Assembly: GCA_943350045.1 (NCBI GenBank)
Contig: CALQZW010000001.1
Span: forward strand, 9,760-73,759
Length of the DNA stretch: 64,000 nt
Direction: 5' to 3'
DNA from: Candidatus Nomurabacteria bacterium
GTDB taxonomy: Bacteria; Patescibacteriota; Minisyncoccia; Phycocordibacterales; UBA9973
The position numbers and the translations under genes are program-made. The notes beneath the pieces are model-generated. The model was not told the origin of the DNA. It saw nothing but the letters and a program-made list of their open reading frames with translations, and did not search any database. This document shows positions 38,883 through 48,657 of the stretch, piece by piece. Positions within the stretch are counted from its first letter, which is position 1, and each line of letters opens with the position of its first letter.

Positions 38883-38967
38883 ATATAGGGGAACTTCTCT
38901 AGTATACACAATTTATACTTTCTTTCAATTGTCTCCAGATATTGGTATAACTACAGGAGTCATATAT

Positions 38968-40110
38968 ATGAAAATCCCTCCCAACTCACCACTAAGCTAT
39001 ATCGAACTCTCGGCAAGTAATCTTGTGCATAATATTAGTACAATTCGAGCCGTTCTTGCCAAAGAGGTGAAGGTCGCTTTTGCAATTAAAGGCAACGCGT
39101 ACGGTCATGGTCAAAATCAGATTGCGAAAATCGCCGAGCCACACGTCGACTACTTCATGGTAAACAGTCTCGAAGAGTTGCGACTCTTGCGTACCATCTC
39201 AAAAAAGCCAACATTTCTTCTCGGATATGTTTCAGAGGTCAATATTTCTGAGGCGCTGTCTCTCGGTTGTATTCTTGGAATATTTTCAGTTGAACAGTTT
39301 TCTCGCGTGCAAAAATATGCAAAGAAAATGAACATAGTGCAGGAGGTTCATATTGCCTGTGATGCTCTACTCGGACGTGAAGGCTTTCTAGAGAAAGAAC
39401 TTCCTGCCGTTTTAATCTTGGCGAAAAAATCAAAAAATGTTCGTATTACTGGTATGTATGCACACTTTGCAAACATTGAAGATACGAATAATTTTACTCA
39501 TGCAGAGCGACAAATTTCCGCGTATGCTCGGATGCGAGAAATCGCCAGCGAATATGGATACGGAGATATTATGACGCATATTTCTGCGACGAGTGGAGTA
39601 CTTGCGTATGAATCAAACAATTCAATCAATCCGCTTGTTCGTGTTGGGATTGGAGCATATGGACTGTGGCCGAGTGATCACTTGGAATATCAAAACCGCA
39701 AGAAGATTACATTTAAGCCCGTTCTTTCGTGGAAGACTCATGTTGCTCAGGTAAAGACATTGCCAGCCGGCAGAACTATTGGCTATGGTCTCACGTATAT
39801 GACTCACAAGGCAACAAAAATTGCTCTGGTGCCACAAGGATACGCCGATGGATATCCTCGCCTTCTTTCAAACACTGGGCATGTCCTCATTGGCGGTAAA
39901 AAGTGCCCAATTCGTGGACGAGTCTCAATGAACATGTTTGTTGTCGATGTTTCAAAACTCGCCAAGGTCGCAGAAGGTGACGAGGTCGTACTTCTCGGTA
40001 CTCAAGGCAAGGCACACATATCGGCAGAAGAGCTCGGAGTACTCTCAGGAACCATTAATTATGAAGCTGTAACCAGGATTAACCCGTTACTTCCGAGGAT
40101 TATTATGTAG
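38968..40110 (+). CDS. alr: Alanine racemase
   Basis: AIKGNAYGHG, HFA, VRVGIGAYG, IGYG, GYADG, GRVSMN, GTINYE. Confidence 0.95.
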   Translation: MKIPPNSPLSYIELSASNLVHNISTIRAVLAKEVKVAFAIKGNAYGHGQNQIAKIAEPHVDYFMVNSLEELRLLRTISKKPTFLLGYVSEVNISEALSLGCILGIFSVEQFSRVQKYAKKMNIVQEVHIACDALLGREGFLEKELPAVLILAKKSKNVRITGMYAHFANIEDTNNFTHAERQISAYARMREIASEYGYGDIMTHISATSGVLAYESNNSINPLVRVGIGAYGLWPSDHLEYQNRKKITFKPVLSWKTHVAQVKTLPAGRTIGYGLTYMTHKATKIALVPQGYADGYPRLLSNTGHVLIGGKKCPIRGRVSMNMFVVDVSKLAKVAEGDEVVLLGTQGKAHISAEELGVLSGTINYEAVTRINPLLPRIIM

Positions 40111-40211
40111 TCCACTGACCTCCTTGTTATTTTCCCTCAACTATGCTATTGTTTCTTGGTATCGAAATTACAGCTGTACGCTGACAGCCAAACCTAAAAA
40201 CAGCCCCATCC

Positions 40212-40370
40212 ATGTCTCAAGATAAACTCATCAAACTAGCTTGTACTTCATGCAAACGCATCAACTACTGGTCACGCAAGAACAAGAAGCTCGTCACTCG
40301 AAAGATTGAGCTTAATAAGTATTGTAAGTGGTGCAAAGTGCAGAAAAAGCACAAGGAAGTCAAGAAATAA
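40212..40370 (+). CDS. rpmG: 50S ribosomal protein L33 (Zn-ribbon type)
   Basis: Manual translation MSQDKLIKLACTSCKRINYWSRKNKKLVTRKIELNKYCKWCKVQKKHKEVKK. Confidence 0.95.
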   Translation: MSQDKLIKLACTSCKRINYWSRKNKKLVTRKIELNKYCKWCKVQKKHKEVKK

Positions 40371-40468
40371 TATATATTTCTGCAAAAGCCCCGCTCGGGG
40401 CTTTTGTTTTGTCTAAATTAGATTTTTCTGGGGGTTTCTGGTATCCTACAGACGTACGATTCTCGTAC

Positions 40469-40539
40469 GGGCCTATAGTTCAGCGGTAGAATTCTCGTCT
40501 CCAAAACGAGCGACCGAGGTTCGAATCCTCGTGGGCCCG
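40469..40539 (+). tRNA. tRNA-Trp(CCA)
   Basis: GGGCCTATAGTTCAGCGGTAGAA...CTCGT-CT-CCA-AA-ACGAG...GGTTCGAATCC. Confidence 0.95.
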
Positions 40540-40600
40540 CAAATACGGTATACTATAGGAGTTTAGAAATATTTTAACTCTTAATTGGTACACTATTCTT

Positions 40601-41383
40601 ATGCACACGCGTTACGCAATTGCACGACCACAGGTCATGGTATTAGATTCTCGTTCAGGGGTTGGGTATTCACGCACAAAGCGTCAGTATACGCCGATTC
40701 CGTCGAGACAGTATTTTGTTCACGATGCTCCTCGTACTGATTCAGTCCGAGAGAAGCTCTCCCGTAGCGGAGTTTCGGCGCTCAGTACCCCTGAGCTCCT
40801 CTCTCTTGTTATGGCTGGTGGAGTAGATGACGCCGAAGCTTTGGCTGTTGCTCATCGTGTTAGTCGCGACTATGGTGAAAAAACGCTTGCGAAAGCGTTT
40901 AAAGCCGAGACTGCTGCCGATGAACTTTCTGTCCCACTCCCGAAGGCAGTGCAAATCGTTGCGTGTGCAGAGCTCGGACGTCGTTTCTATGAAAAGAACA
41001 CGTCTTCTGCTCCGGTTATTCGCTGTGCTGATGATGTGTATGCATATGTAAAAGATATGCACGATTTACCAAAAGAGCATTTACGTGGACTCTATTTAAA
41101 TGCGCACTACAAAGTCATTCATACTGAGACGATTTCAATCGGTACGATCGACAGTAGTATTATTCATCCACGTGAAGTATTTCGCCCAGCTCTCGAGTAC
41201 TCTGCTGTTGCAGTAGTGCTCGTACACAATCATCCATCTGGAGAAACAACTCCAAGTGATGCGGATATTCGCATTACCAATCAACTCATTTCTGCAGGAA
41301 GACTTCTTGGAGTAGAACTTGTTGACCATATTATTGTCACGAAAGACACCTTCGCAAGTATTTCCGCAGACTATTCAGAGTAG
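40601..41383 (+). CDS. radC: RadC-family JAB domain protein
   Basis: REKL..G..ALS..ELL; HPREVF; HNHPSG..PSDAD; DHII. Confidence 0.92.
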   Translation: MHTRYAIARPQVMVLDSRSGVGYSRTKRQYTPIPSRQYFVHDAPRTDSVREKLSRSGVSALSTPELLSLVMAGGVDDAEALAVAHRVSRDYGEKTLAKAFKAETAADELSVPLPKAVQIVACAELGRRFYEKNTSSAPVIRCADDVYAYVKDMHDLPKEHLRGLYLNAHYKVIHTETISIGTIDSSIIHPREVFRPALEYSAVAVVLVHNHPSGETTPSDADIRITNQLISAGRLLGVELVDHIIVTKDTFASISADYSE

Positions 41384-41388
41384 TATCT

Positions 41389-41676
41389 ATGTATACAAAA
41401 TCAGTGCCGTCTGACGCATTCTTGGCCCAGTGTGGCTTGTTTATTCGCCCTGCCTTGTACGTCCGTGAATCATTTCCAGAAGGGAATGACCTACTCGAAC
41501 AATACCTCAAAGACGCCCGAAATATTTTCCGAACTGAGTGCGATATGTTGCTCCATACAGAACGAGCATTTACAGAGTCTGATGGGAAGAGTCTTTCCTC
41601 CATGTTAAAGCTTCTAATCGACGCTCGTAAGACATGGCAAGAAGAGCACGACCGGACGAGTAAAAAACAGTCCTAG
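41389..41676 (+). CDS. Hypothetical protein
   Basis: 95-aa ORF tightly following radC. Confidence 0.5.
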   Translation: MYTKSVPSDAFLAQCGLFIRPALYVRESFPEGNDLLEQYLKDARNIFRTECDMLLHTERAFTESDGKSLSSMLKLLIDARKTWQEEHDRTSKKQS

Positions 41677-42575
41677 GCTCGTAGGTGCTTCTTTGCAAGA
41701 GAAGTCGCTTTGGAAAGAGTGGCTTTTTTTGTTGGGTCCAGCCAGATAATATTCTTATTTCGCTTAAACCATGTACGTTGGCGTTTTACATATTGCCAGG
41801 TAGCAGAATAGAGGTCTGTGATCATTTGCTCCTTGGAGATGTTCTTTTTTAGATAGTCAGCGACAAACCTGTACTCAAGTCCAAAAGAATATAGGCGTTT
41901 CCAGGAAAGCCCTGCTTCGTGTAGGCCAGAAACTTCTTTAATCATTCCTTGGCGAATGCGGGCAAGAAGGCGAGCGTGGATGCGCTCTTTCAGATTATCG
42001 TCTTTTGTGTCGAGTCCAATATACAGCACGTTCCATTGTGGGTCGGTAAAAACTTTTGGAACAGATCCGAGCACTGTCGCTATTTCAATCGCACGAACAA
42101 GTCGCACCGGATTTTGAACATCAACAGTCTCTGCACGCTCGGAGTCTAGGGTGAGCAGGCGAGCAAGGAGTTGTTCTTTCGAAAGCACGGATAGTTCTTT
42201 GCGGAGTTCTGTATTGGGCGGAACTTCAGGAAGCGCATTTCCTTGCACGAGAGTATCTATGTAGAAACCAGTGCCTCCGCAAACTATCGGTACTTTGCCT
42301 CGCTTTGAAATATCTTTTGCAATTCGCTGTGCTTTTTTTACAAACTGTGCAACGGAAAACTGTCGCTTTGGGTCGGCGATGTCGAGCATGTAGTGAGGGA
42401 CTCCGGCCATTTCTTTTTTTGTTACTTTGCCAGTTCCAAGGTCCATTCCTCTGTACACCTGACGAGAATCTGCGGAGATTATTTCACCGCCAATAGCTTT
42501 GGCGATTTCAACTGCGAGTGCACTTTTACCTGATGCGGTTGGTCCGCAGATGACAATCATTTTTGGGAGATTCAT
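41673..42575 (-). CDS. miaA: tRNA dimethylallyltransferase
   Basis: GPTASGKS, ISADSRQVY, GGTGFY, KRQRTWF. Confidence 0.97.
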   Translation of the reverse strand: MNLPKMIVICGPTASGKSALAVEIAKAIGGEIISADSRQVYRGMDLGTGKVTKKEMAGVPHYMLDIADPKRQFSVAQFVKKAQRIAKDISKRGKVPIVCGGTGFYIDTLVQGNALPEVPPNTELRKELSVLSKEQLLARLLTLDSERAETVDVQNPVRLVRAIEIATVLGSVPKVFTDPQWNVLYIGLDTKDDNLKERIHARLLARIRQGMIKEVSGLHEAGLSWKRLYSFGLEYRFVADYLKKNISKEQMITDLYSATWQYVKRQRTWFKRNKNIIWLDPTKKATLSKATSLAKKHLRA

Positions 42576-42626
42576 GTGTGATTGATACTAGCAAATTATT
42601 AGCAAACTTTGAAGTTGGTCGTAATA

Positions 42627-42704
42627 GAAAAACTCAAAGCATTACTGCCTTGAGTTTTTCCTGTTCCTCTGTCTTGCGACAGAGTCGGGCCGAAGCCATT
42701 TGTA
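42627..42704 (-). ncRNA. Candidate tiny RNA B
   Basis: TTGACT-18-TATACT (TGn) promoter; TACAAA; GGC-TTCG-GCC; CGA; CTCTGTC-GCAA-GACAGAG; terminator. Confidence 0.5.
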
Positions 42705-42745
42705 CTTGTAGTATATCAAACAAAAATACACTGAGTCAAACAATG

Positions 42746-42826
42746 TGCCGGAGAAGGGACTTGAACCCTTAAGCCTTACGGCATGCGATTTTGAGTCGCA
42801 CGTGTATACCATTCCACCACTCCGGC
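42746..42826 (-). tRNA. tRNA-Leu(CAA)
   Basis: GCCGGAGTGGTGGAATGGTATACAC...CT-CAA-AA, variable arm. Confidence 0.95.
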
Positions 42827-42912
42827 AGGTACTCGGCCATTCTACACGAAACCAACATGTTTTTCCATACCCCCAGTTTCCGACTTTCTGCTTCATGCTT
42901 TATACTTACTCC

Positions 42913-44172
42913 ATGGCAGATTTTTATTCCAACTCTATTTTCTGGGTCGAGGTCGACAAGATTCGTCCGAACCCATGGCAACCACGTCGAGAATTTGAAG
43001 AAGGTCCACTTCGTGACCTCTCAGAGTCCATCCGTCAGTATGGTGTGATGCAACCGCTTACAGTGAGCCGTGTTGAACGCGAGAAACCTGAAGGTGGTAT
43101 CGCAGTTGAGTACGAACTCATCGCAGGAGAGCGTCGACTTCGTGCCTCAAAACTCGCCGGTCTCTCGCAAGTTCCTGTCCTCATTCGTCAGGGTGATACA
43201 TCTCAGGAAAAACTTGAGCTGGCAATCATTGAGAACCTTCAGCGTGCGGATCTCAATCCAGTAGAACGTGCGCAGGCATTTGCTCGACTCGCTGCAGAGT
43301 TCAAACTTCAGCATGCAGATATTGGAAAGAAAATGGGACGTTCTCGTGAATACGTTTCAAACACACTTCGCATTCTTGCGCTCCCAGAAGAAATGCTCTC
43401 TGCTCTTGCAAGTGGAAAGATAACCGAAGGACATACGCGTCCATTGCTCATGCTTTCAGATAGACCAGAAGAGCAGATGGTGTTGTTTAAAGAAATTACG
43501 AGCAAGAAAGTGACTGTGCGAGAGGCGGAGCGCGCGGCACGAAATATCGCAGTTGAACGCGCCCGACGCGCTCCGCGACAGACAGACCCGATTCTCGCAG
43601 AAATCGAAGCATCGCTTCAGAAAATGCTCGGTCAGCGAGTACAGGTAGAGCAAGATGCAATCGGTGGGCGAGTGACGATTAGTTTCCTTACTCCAGAAGA
43701 ACTTCGTTCAATCATTTCACACCTTCAGCCCTCAAGTACTGTACCCGAGGTTGCATCTCAGCCTGTCGTGGATGTTTCTGTATATGAAAATACGCCATAC
43801 GCGCCAGAGCCTGCTATAGTTTCCGAGCCAGTCTCAATACCCGAACCGGTATTTATGCAAGAACCTGTTTTTGTTACGGAGCAGATTTCTGTACCAGAAC
43901 CTGAACCGATGATTATTTCCGAGGTAGCTATGGTTCCTGAACCAGTTTTTACCCCTGAGCAAGTGTCTGTGCCTGAGCCTGTCCTGGTCATGATGACTGA
44001 GGACGTAAGTGTTCCTGAACCAGTTGTTCCTGACTTTACTCCAGCACCTGCCCCAAGTCCTGTTCCTGAGCCGATGTTTGTCGCAACGATTGCTATACCG
44101 ACAACTCCGACTGTAACACCGTCGCTGATGCAAGAACAAGACGATTCAGACCTATATAGTTTTAGTTTGTAA
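42913..44172 (+). CDS. parB: ParB/Spo0J partition protein with Pro/Glu/Val-rich tail
   Basis: PNPWQPR, LIAGERRLRA, IENLQR, HTH GRSREYVSN; start MADF at 42913. Confidence 0.9.
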   Translation: MADFYSNSIFWVEVDKIRPNPWQPRREFEEGPLRDLSESIRQYGVMQPLTVSRVEREKPEGGIAVEYELIAGERRLRASKLAGLSQVPVLIRQGDTSQEKLELAIIENLQRADLNPVERAQAFARLAAEFKLQHADIGKKMGRSREYVSNTLRILALPEEMLSALASGKITEGHTRPLLMLSDRPEEQMVLFKEITSKKVTVREAERAARNIAVERARRAPRQTDPILAEIEASLQKMLGQRVQVEQDAIGGRVTISFLTPEELRSIISHLQPSSTVPEVASQPVVDVSVYENTPYAPEPAIVSEPVSIPEPVFMQEPVFVTEQISVPEPEPMIISEVAMVPEPVFTPEQVSVPEPVLVMMTEDVSVPEPVVPDFTPAPAPSPVPEPMFVATIAIPTTPTVTPSLMQEQDDSDLYSFSL

Positions 44173-44271
44173 GAAACAAAAGAACCGCTCCGGCGGTTTT
44201 TTTGTTTGACTTTATTTGGTTTTGTGATATAAATGCGACAACATTCATTGTTCATCTAAAACAAAATAAAC

Positions 44272-44901
44272 ATGCAGATTCAAAAACAACAAAAAGTAGT
44301 GACACAAAGACTAAGTGTCCAAGAGTTGCAGAGTAATGCCACTAAAGAAATTGGTCGGATTATTTCGGAGACACTTAAAGAGTTTGACCCGGAGATAGTT
44401 CGCTCGTTAAACCTGAGTACGTATGCGTTAAGTAGTATTGTTGAAAATTCTAATTTTAAGGATGCAGTTAACGCAAGTATCCTCAGGGTGGTTAAAGAAT
44501 ATGCAGTCGAAAATAGATTGCTTCGGCGTATATGGAATCCGGTTCAGTTCCGTGTTTCTGAAAGCGACATTGAGGACTCTTCTTTAGTCGCTCAGAAATT
44601 ACGCGAGGCACTCCCGCCTGGTCTGTATGAAATAACATACCTTGAACCTAAGTATGAATCAGCAACATACGGTGATTCGTTGAAGTATCTTAGAAAAAGT
44701 GGAGCACTGTTTCTGGGCATTGATTTACTCAGAATATTGCAAGACAACCCAGAATGGGTAAAAGATGATACCCGTGCGATAACCGTGATTGATGATGAGA
44801 GTTCTCATTACCTCTTGAAAGGAGAAATATATCCGAGTTCTGTGGAGAAAAACGGATTAAAGGATTACGATATTCTCGTCCATTTTGTAAAACTTTCGTA
44901 G
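44272..44901 (+). CDS. Hypothetical protein (ORFan)
   Basis: 209 aa; TTGACT promoter and leader motif. Confidence 0.6.
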   Translation: MQIQKQQKVVTQRLSVQELQSNATKEIGRIISETLKEFDPEIVRSLNLSTYALSSIVENSNFKDAVNASILRVVKEYAVENRLLRRIWNPVQFRVSESDIEDSSLVAQKLREALPPGLYEITYLEPKYESATYGDSLKYLRKSGALFLGIDLLRILQDNPEWVKDDTRAITVIDDESSHYLLKGEIYPSSVEKNGLKDYDILVHFVKLS

Positions 44902-44970
44902 TAAAATTGTAAGCACAATCTATCTAAAAATCCCCTTAGTACACAATGTACTAAGGGAATTTTTTTTATA

Positions 44971-46449
44971 TTAAGAACGAAATTTTTTCGGAATAAATCG
45001 AGCGAGTATGCCACTTTCTTCATGCTCTTTCAGATAGGTACGAATATGTTTCTTTGCCATGTTCGTTTTTGCGTAATCGATCCAACGACTTTTTGGCTTG
45101 CTGTCTTTGCGTGTAATTATTTCAACGATATTTGATGAGTTGAGTGTGGTATCGAGTGCCACAAACTTTCCATTTATTCTTGCTCCGGAAGCTGTATTTC
45201 CAATATCGGTATGTACTGCGTATGCGAAGTCGATTACCGATGATCCATGAGGGAGGTCGAGGACATCTCCTTTTGGAGTAAAGACATACATGCGGTCGTT
45301 ACAGAAATCGTTTTTTACATGTTCAAAAAACTTTGTTGGCTCAGGAGTTTCTTGGTCAAGATTTTTGAATTCATCTACCCATTTGAACTTCGCATCTTTT
45401 TCAGTACTTGCAGTATTCTCTTTATACGCAAAATGAGAGGCGATACCAAACTCTGCTCGAAGATGCATTGCCTGTGTACGAATCTGTACCTCGGCAATAC
45501 CTCCATCTCCAGAAAAGACTGTCGTATGCAAAGATTGGTAGCCGTTGAGTTTAGGAAGGGCTATGTAGTCCTTTATACGCCCCGGCAGAGGCCTCCAGAG
45601 CGAATGAATGATTCCAAGTACTGCGTAGCACTCTTCGACGGTCTCTACGATGACTCGGAGGGCTACGAGGTCGTATACGGTATCAATAGTTGCTCCCTTC
45701 TTTTGTAATTTCTTCCAAAGACTATATTTATGCTTTACTCGATGGTCGAGGGCGTGAACAGTGATTGGGTGTTTTGCGAGTTCGGCAACTAGTTTTGAGT
45801 GAACGGTGTTTAGTGACGATTCAATTGTTTCTTTTCGCTCGTCGAGAATATTTGAAATCTTTTCGAATTCTTTCGGGTTGGCGTATGGAAACGCCGCGTC
45901 TTCTATCTCACCTTTGAGCATTCCGATTCCAAGACGGTCGGCAAGGGGAGCGTAGACTTGAATAGATTCGATTGCAATGCGTTCTTGTTTGTCTTTTCGA
46001 ACATGCTCAAGCGTGCTGAGGTTGTGGAGGCGGTCGGCGAGTTTAATCATAAGCACTCGTGGGTCTTGAGCGAGTGCCATAAGGAAGCGACGAAGACTCT
46101 CCAGATTTCGTTCGCGTCCGCGATATTTTACATGGCCGAGTTTTGTAACTCCTTGTACCAGTGTGCAAATTTCTGCTCCAAACTCGCGTGTAATGTCTTC
46201 GTCGGTAACAGGCGTGTCTTCTATTGTGTCATGCAAAAAACCTGCAGCGATTGTCGGTACTGACATTTGATATCGAGCGAGATTAAGAGCCGTTGCGAAC
46301 ACATGGGTGAAGTATGGCTCACCACTTTTGCGAGCTTGTCCGTCATGAGCTTTGAGTGCATAGGTATATGCTTTCTCGAGAAGATTTTTCTCTTCTGTTG
46401 AAATGTCTTGCAATTGATTGAAAATCTCGTTGATATCGCAGGTGTGCAT
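44971..46449 (-). CDS. rel: RelA/SpoT family (p)ppGpp synthetase/hydrolase (HD+SYN+TGS, no ACT)
   Basis: RKSGEPY, LHDTIED, KLADRLHN, NGYQSLHT, EVQIRT, DFAYAVHT. Confidence 0.93.
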   Translation of the reverse strand: MHTCDINEIFNQLQDISTEEKNLLEKAYTYALKAHDGQARKSGEPYFTHVFATALNLARYQMSVPTIAAGFLHDTIEDTPVTDEDITREFGAEICTLVQGVTKLGHVKYRGRERNLESLRRFLMALAQDPRVLMIKLADRLHNLSTLEHVRKDKQERIAIESIQVYAPLADRLGIGMLKGEIEDAAFPYANPKEFEKISNILDERKETIESSLNTVHSKLVAELAKHPITVHALDHRVKHKYSLWKKLQKKGATIDTVYDLVALRVIVETVEECYAVLGIIHSLWRPLPGRIKDYIALPKLNGYQSLHTTVFSGDGGIAEVQIRTQAMHLRAEFGIASHFAYKENTASTEKDAKFKWVDEFKNLDQETPEPTKFFEHVKNDFCNDRMYVFTPKGDVLDLPHGSSVIDFAYAVHTDIGNTASGARINGKFVALDTTLNSSNIVEIITRKDSKPKSRWIDYAKTNMAKKHIRTYLKEHEESGILARFIPKKFRS

Positions 46450-46452
46450 ATA

Positions 46453-48648
46453 TTACTTCTTTTCTATCTTATGTGGATTATGATTCGGACAGGTTTTGTC
46501 TGAACAGCGCTCTGGGATAGTTTTTGTACCTTCCATCATGAGTGCTCCGCACAGTGAACACAAGTTTCCTGTCGGCTTTGCCTTAATTGCATTTTTACAG
46601 TCTGGGTAGTTTGAACACGAGTAGAAGATTCCGAAACGTCCACGGCGTTCCATCATCTCGCCCTTCTTACACATTGGACACTGCACTCCAGTCATTTTTT
46701 TCTTTTTCTCTTCTTCGTCTTCTTTTATGAACTTACATTTTGGATATCGAGAGCAAGAGACAAAGATTCCAAATTTACCTTCTCGTGTAACGAGTTTTCC
46801 GCCGTGCTTCTCAAAACACAACGGGCAGTTTTCGCCAGTTTCCTGAGGTCCCTGCATTTCAGAGCCATCGAGTTTACGAGCTCCGTCACAGTCCGGATAT
46901 TTTGAACATGAGAAAAACTTTCCATTACGAGAGAGTTTGTAAATCATCGATGCCTTACATTTTGGACAAAGTATATCCTCAGGTGCAGGTCCAAGGTCGG
47001 TAGCTTTTGCGAGTTTGTCTTTAATTTTTACTTCTTTAAGAAACGGAGTATAAAACTCAGAGAGTACTTTTGCATACTCTCGGTCGCCGTTTGCAATATC
47101 GTCGAGCTTGTCTTCCATCTCTGCGGTAAAGGTATCAGAAATATATTCTCCAAAGTTCGATTCGAGGAAAGAAGACACAACGTCTCCGGTGTCTGTAGGG
47201 TAGAGCGTACGTCCTTGTTTCGTGACATATCCACGTTCTTCGAGTGTACTCATGATTGAAGCGTACGTAGATGGTCGTCCGATTCCACGTTCTTCAAGTG
47301 CTTTCACAAGTGCCGCTTCACTGTATCTATTTGGTGGTTCAGTTGCCTTCTCAGTGCTTGTAAGATCCAGAAGAGTTATTTTTTCTCCAGCAGTAACTTT
47401 TGGAAGTTCAACATCTTCTCCGCGAGCATCTTCATCTACGCGTAGCCATCCAGGGAAAAGAACACGAGAGCCGTTTGCTGTGAACTCTGGAATATCTTCA
47501 TGTCCTGAAACTGTTGCAACAATTTTTGTTTTTAAAAGTTGTGCATCGGTCATCTGACTTGAAACAGTGCGCTCCCAAATGAGTTTGTAGAGCCCCTTCT
47601 GTTCGTCGTTCATTCCTACGGAAGATTTCTCAACGTGAGTTGGACGTATAGCCTCATGGGCTTCTTGTGCATTCTTTGATTTAGTTTTGTACGTATGTGC
47701 CTCTGCATATTCCTTTCCATACTTTTTTTCAACGAGCGCGAGAATCTGAGACTGCGCAACTGCCGAGAGATTTGTACTGTCAGTACGCATGTAAGTAATA
47801 TGTCCGGCTTCGTACAATTTTTGCGCCACCTGCATTGTGCGCTTTGGTGAAAAACCAAGACGTGTGCTGGCTGTTTGCTGGAGTGATGACGTTGTAAACG
47901 GAGCACGAGCTGAGCGCTTTTGCTGGGATTCTTTTACGTCTGCAACTGTCCACGGATTTGCTTTTCCAACGGAAAGAATCTTCTCGACAACCTTTTCGTC
48001 ACGAGGCTCCTCTGTGCACCCTAAACGAATCTGTACTTTGCCTGCAGTCTCAAAAAGCCCTTCGAGGGTCCAGTATGTCTCTGGAACAAAGGCGCGAATT
48101 TCTCGCTCGCGTTCCATGAGGATGCGAAGCGCGGGGGACTGAACGCGTCCAGCCGAGAGGCCGTAGCGTACTTTTTTCCAGATGATTCCAGAGAGGTCGT
48201 ATCCAACAAGTCGGTCGAGAACACGGCGTGCTTCCTGTGCTTTTACTAGTTTTTCGTCTATTTCACGTGGTTCTTTGAGCGCTTCTTCGACTGCCGCTTT
48301 CGTGATTTCATGAAAGGCTGCACGACGGATAGGTGCTTTGACTTTCTTGTCAGCTTTGAGGAGTTCTTTGAGGTGCCATGAAATAGCCTCTCCTTCGCGG
48401 TCCGGGTCGGTCGCAAGAACAATTTCTTTTGCAGTGTGTGCAAGCTCGGCAAGCTCTCGTACTACCTTTTCTTTTCCTCGAGAGATTTCATAATGAGGAA
48501 CGAATCCGGCAGGGATATCTATGGCTTTCTTGTTTGATTTTGGAAGGTCGCGAATATGTCCGACTGAGGCACGCACGGTGTATGCACCATCGAGATATTT
48601 TTCGATAGTCTTGGCTTTTGATGGAGATTCAACAATGAGTAATTTCAT
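46453..48648 (-). CDS. topA: DNA topoisomerase I
   Basis: IVESPSKAK, ATDPDREGE, SAGRVQ, ITYMRTD, C-terminal Zn ribbons. Confidence 0.98.
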   Translation of the reverse strand: MKLLIVESPSKAKTIEKYLDGAYTVRASVGHIRDLPKSNKKAIDIPAGFVPHYEISRGKEKVVRELAELAHTAKEIVLATDPDREGEAISWHLKELLKADKKVKAPIRRAAFHEITKAAVEEALKEPREIDEKLVKAQEARRVLDRLVGYDLSGIIWKKVRYGLSAGRVQSPALRILMEREREIRAFVPETYWTLEGLFETAGKVQIRLGCTEEPRDEKVVEKILSVGKANPWTVADVKESQQKRSARAPFTTSSLQQTASTRLGFSPKRTMQVAQKLYEAGHITYMRTDSTNLSAVAQSQILALVEKKYGKEYAEAHTYKTKSKNAQEAHEAIRPTHVEKSSVGMNDEQKGLYKLIWERTVSSQMTDAQLLKTKIVATVSGHEDIPEFTANGSRVLFPGWLRVDEDARGEDVELPKVTAGEKITLLDLTSTEKATEPPNRYSEAALVKALEERGIGRPSTYASIMSTLEERGYVTKQGRTLYPTDTGDVVSSFLESNFGEYISDTFTAEMEDKLDDIANGDREYAKVLSEFYTPFLKEVKIKDKLAKATDLGPAPEDILCPKCKASMIYKLSRNGKFFSCSKYPDCDGARKLDGSEMQGPQETGENCPLCFEKHGGKLVTREGKFGIFVSCSRYPKCKFIKEDEEEKKKKMTGVQCPMCKKGEMMERRGRFGIFYSCSNYPDCKNAIKAKPTGNLCSLCGALMMEGTKTIPERCSDKTCPNHNPHKIEKK

Positions 48649-48657
48649 ATCTATCTG

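Noticed and set aside
38782-38967. N-terminal extensions in the ORF track for alr (also parB 42745 and ORF 30287-31000)
   Set aside because: The extensions run through tRNA genes; true starts are downstream.
40469-40539. Alternative genetic code (UGA recoding as in Gracilibacteria/Absconditabacteria)
   Set aside because: Core genes are intact under code 11 and several end in TGA.
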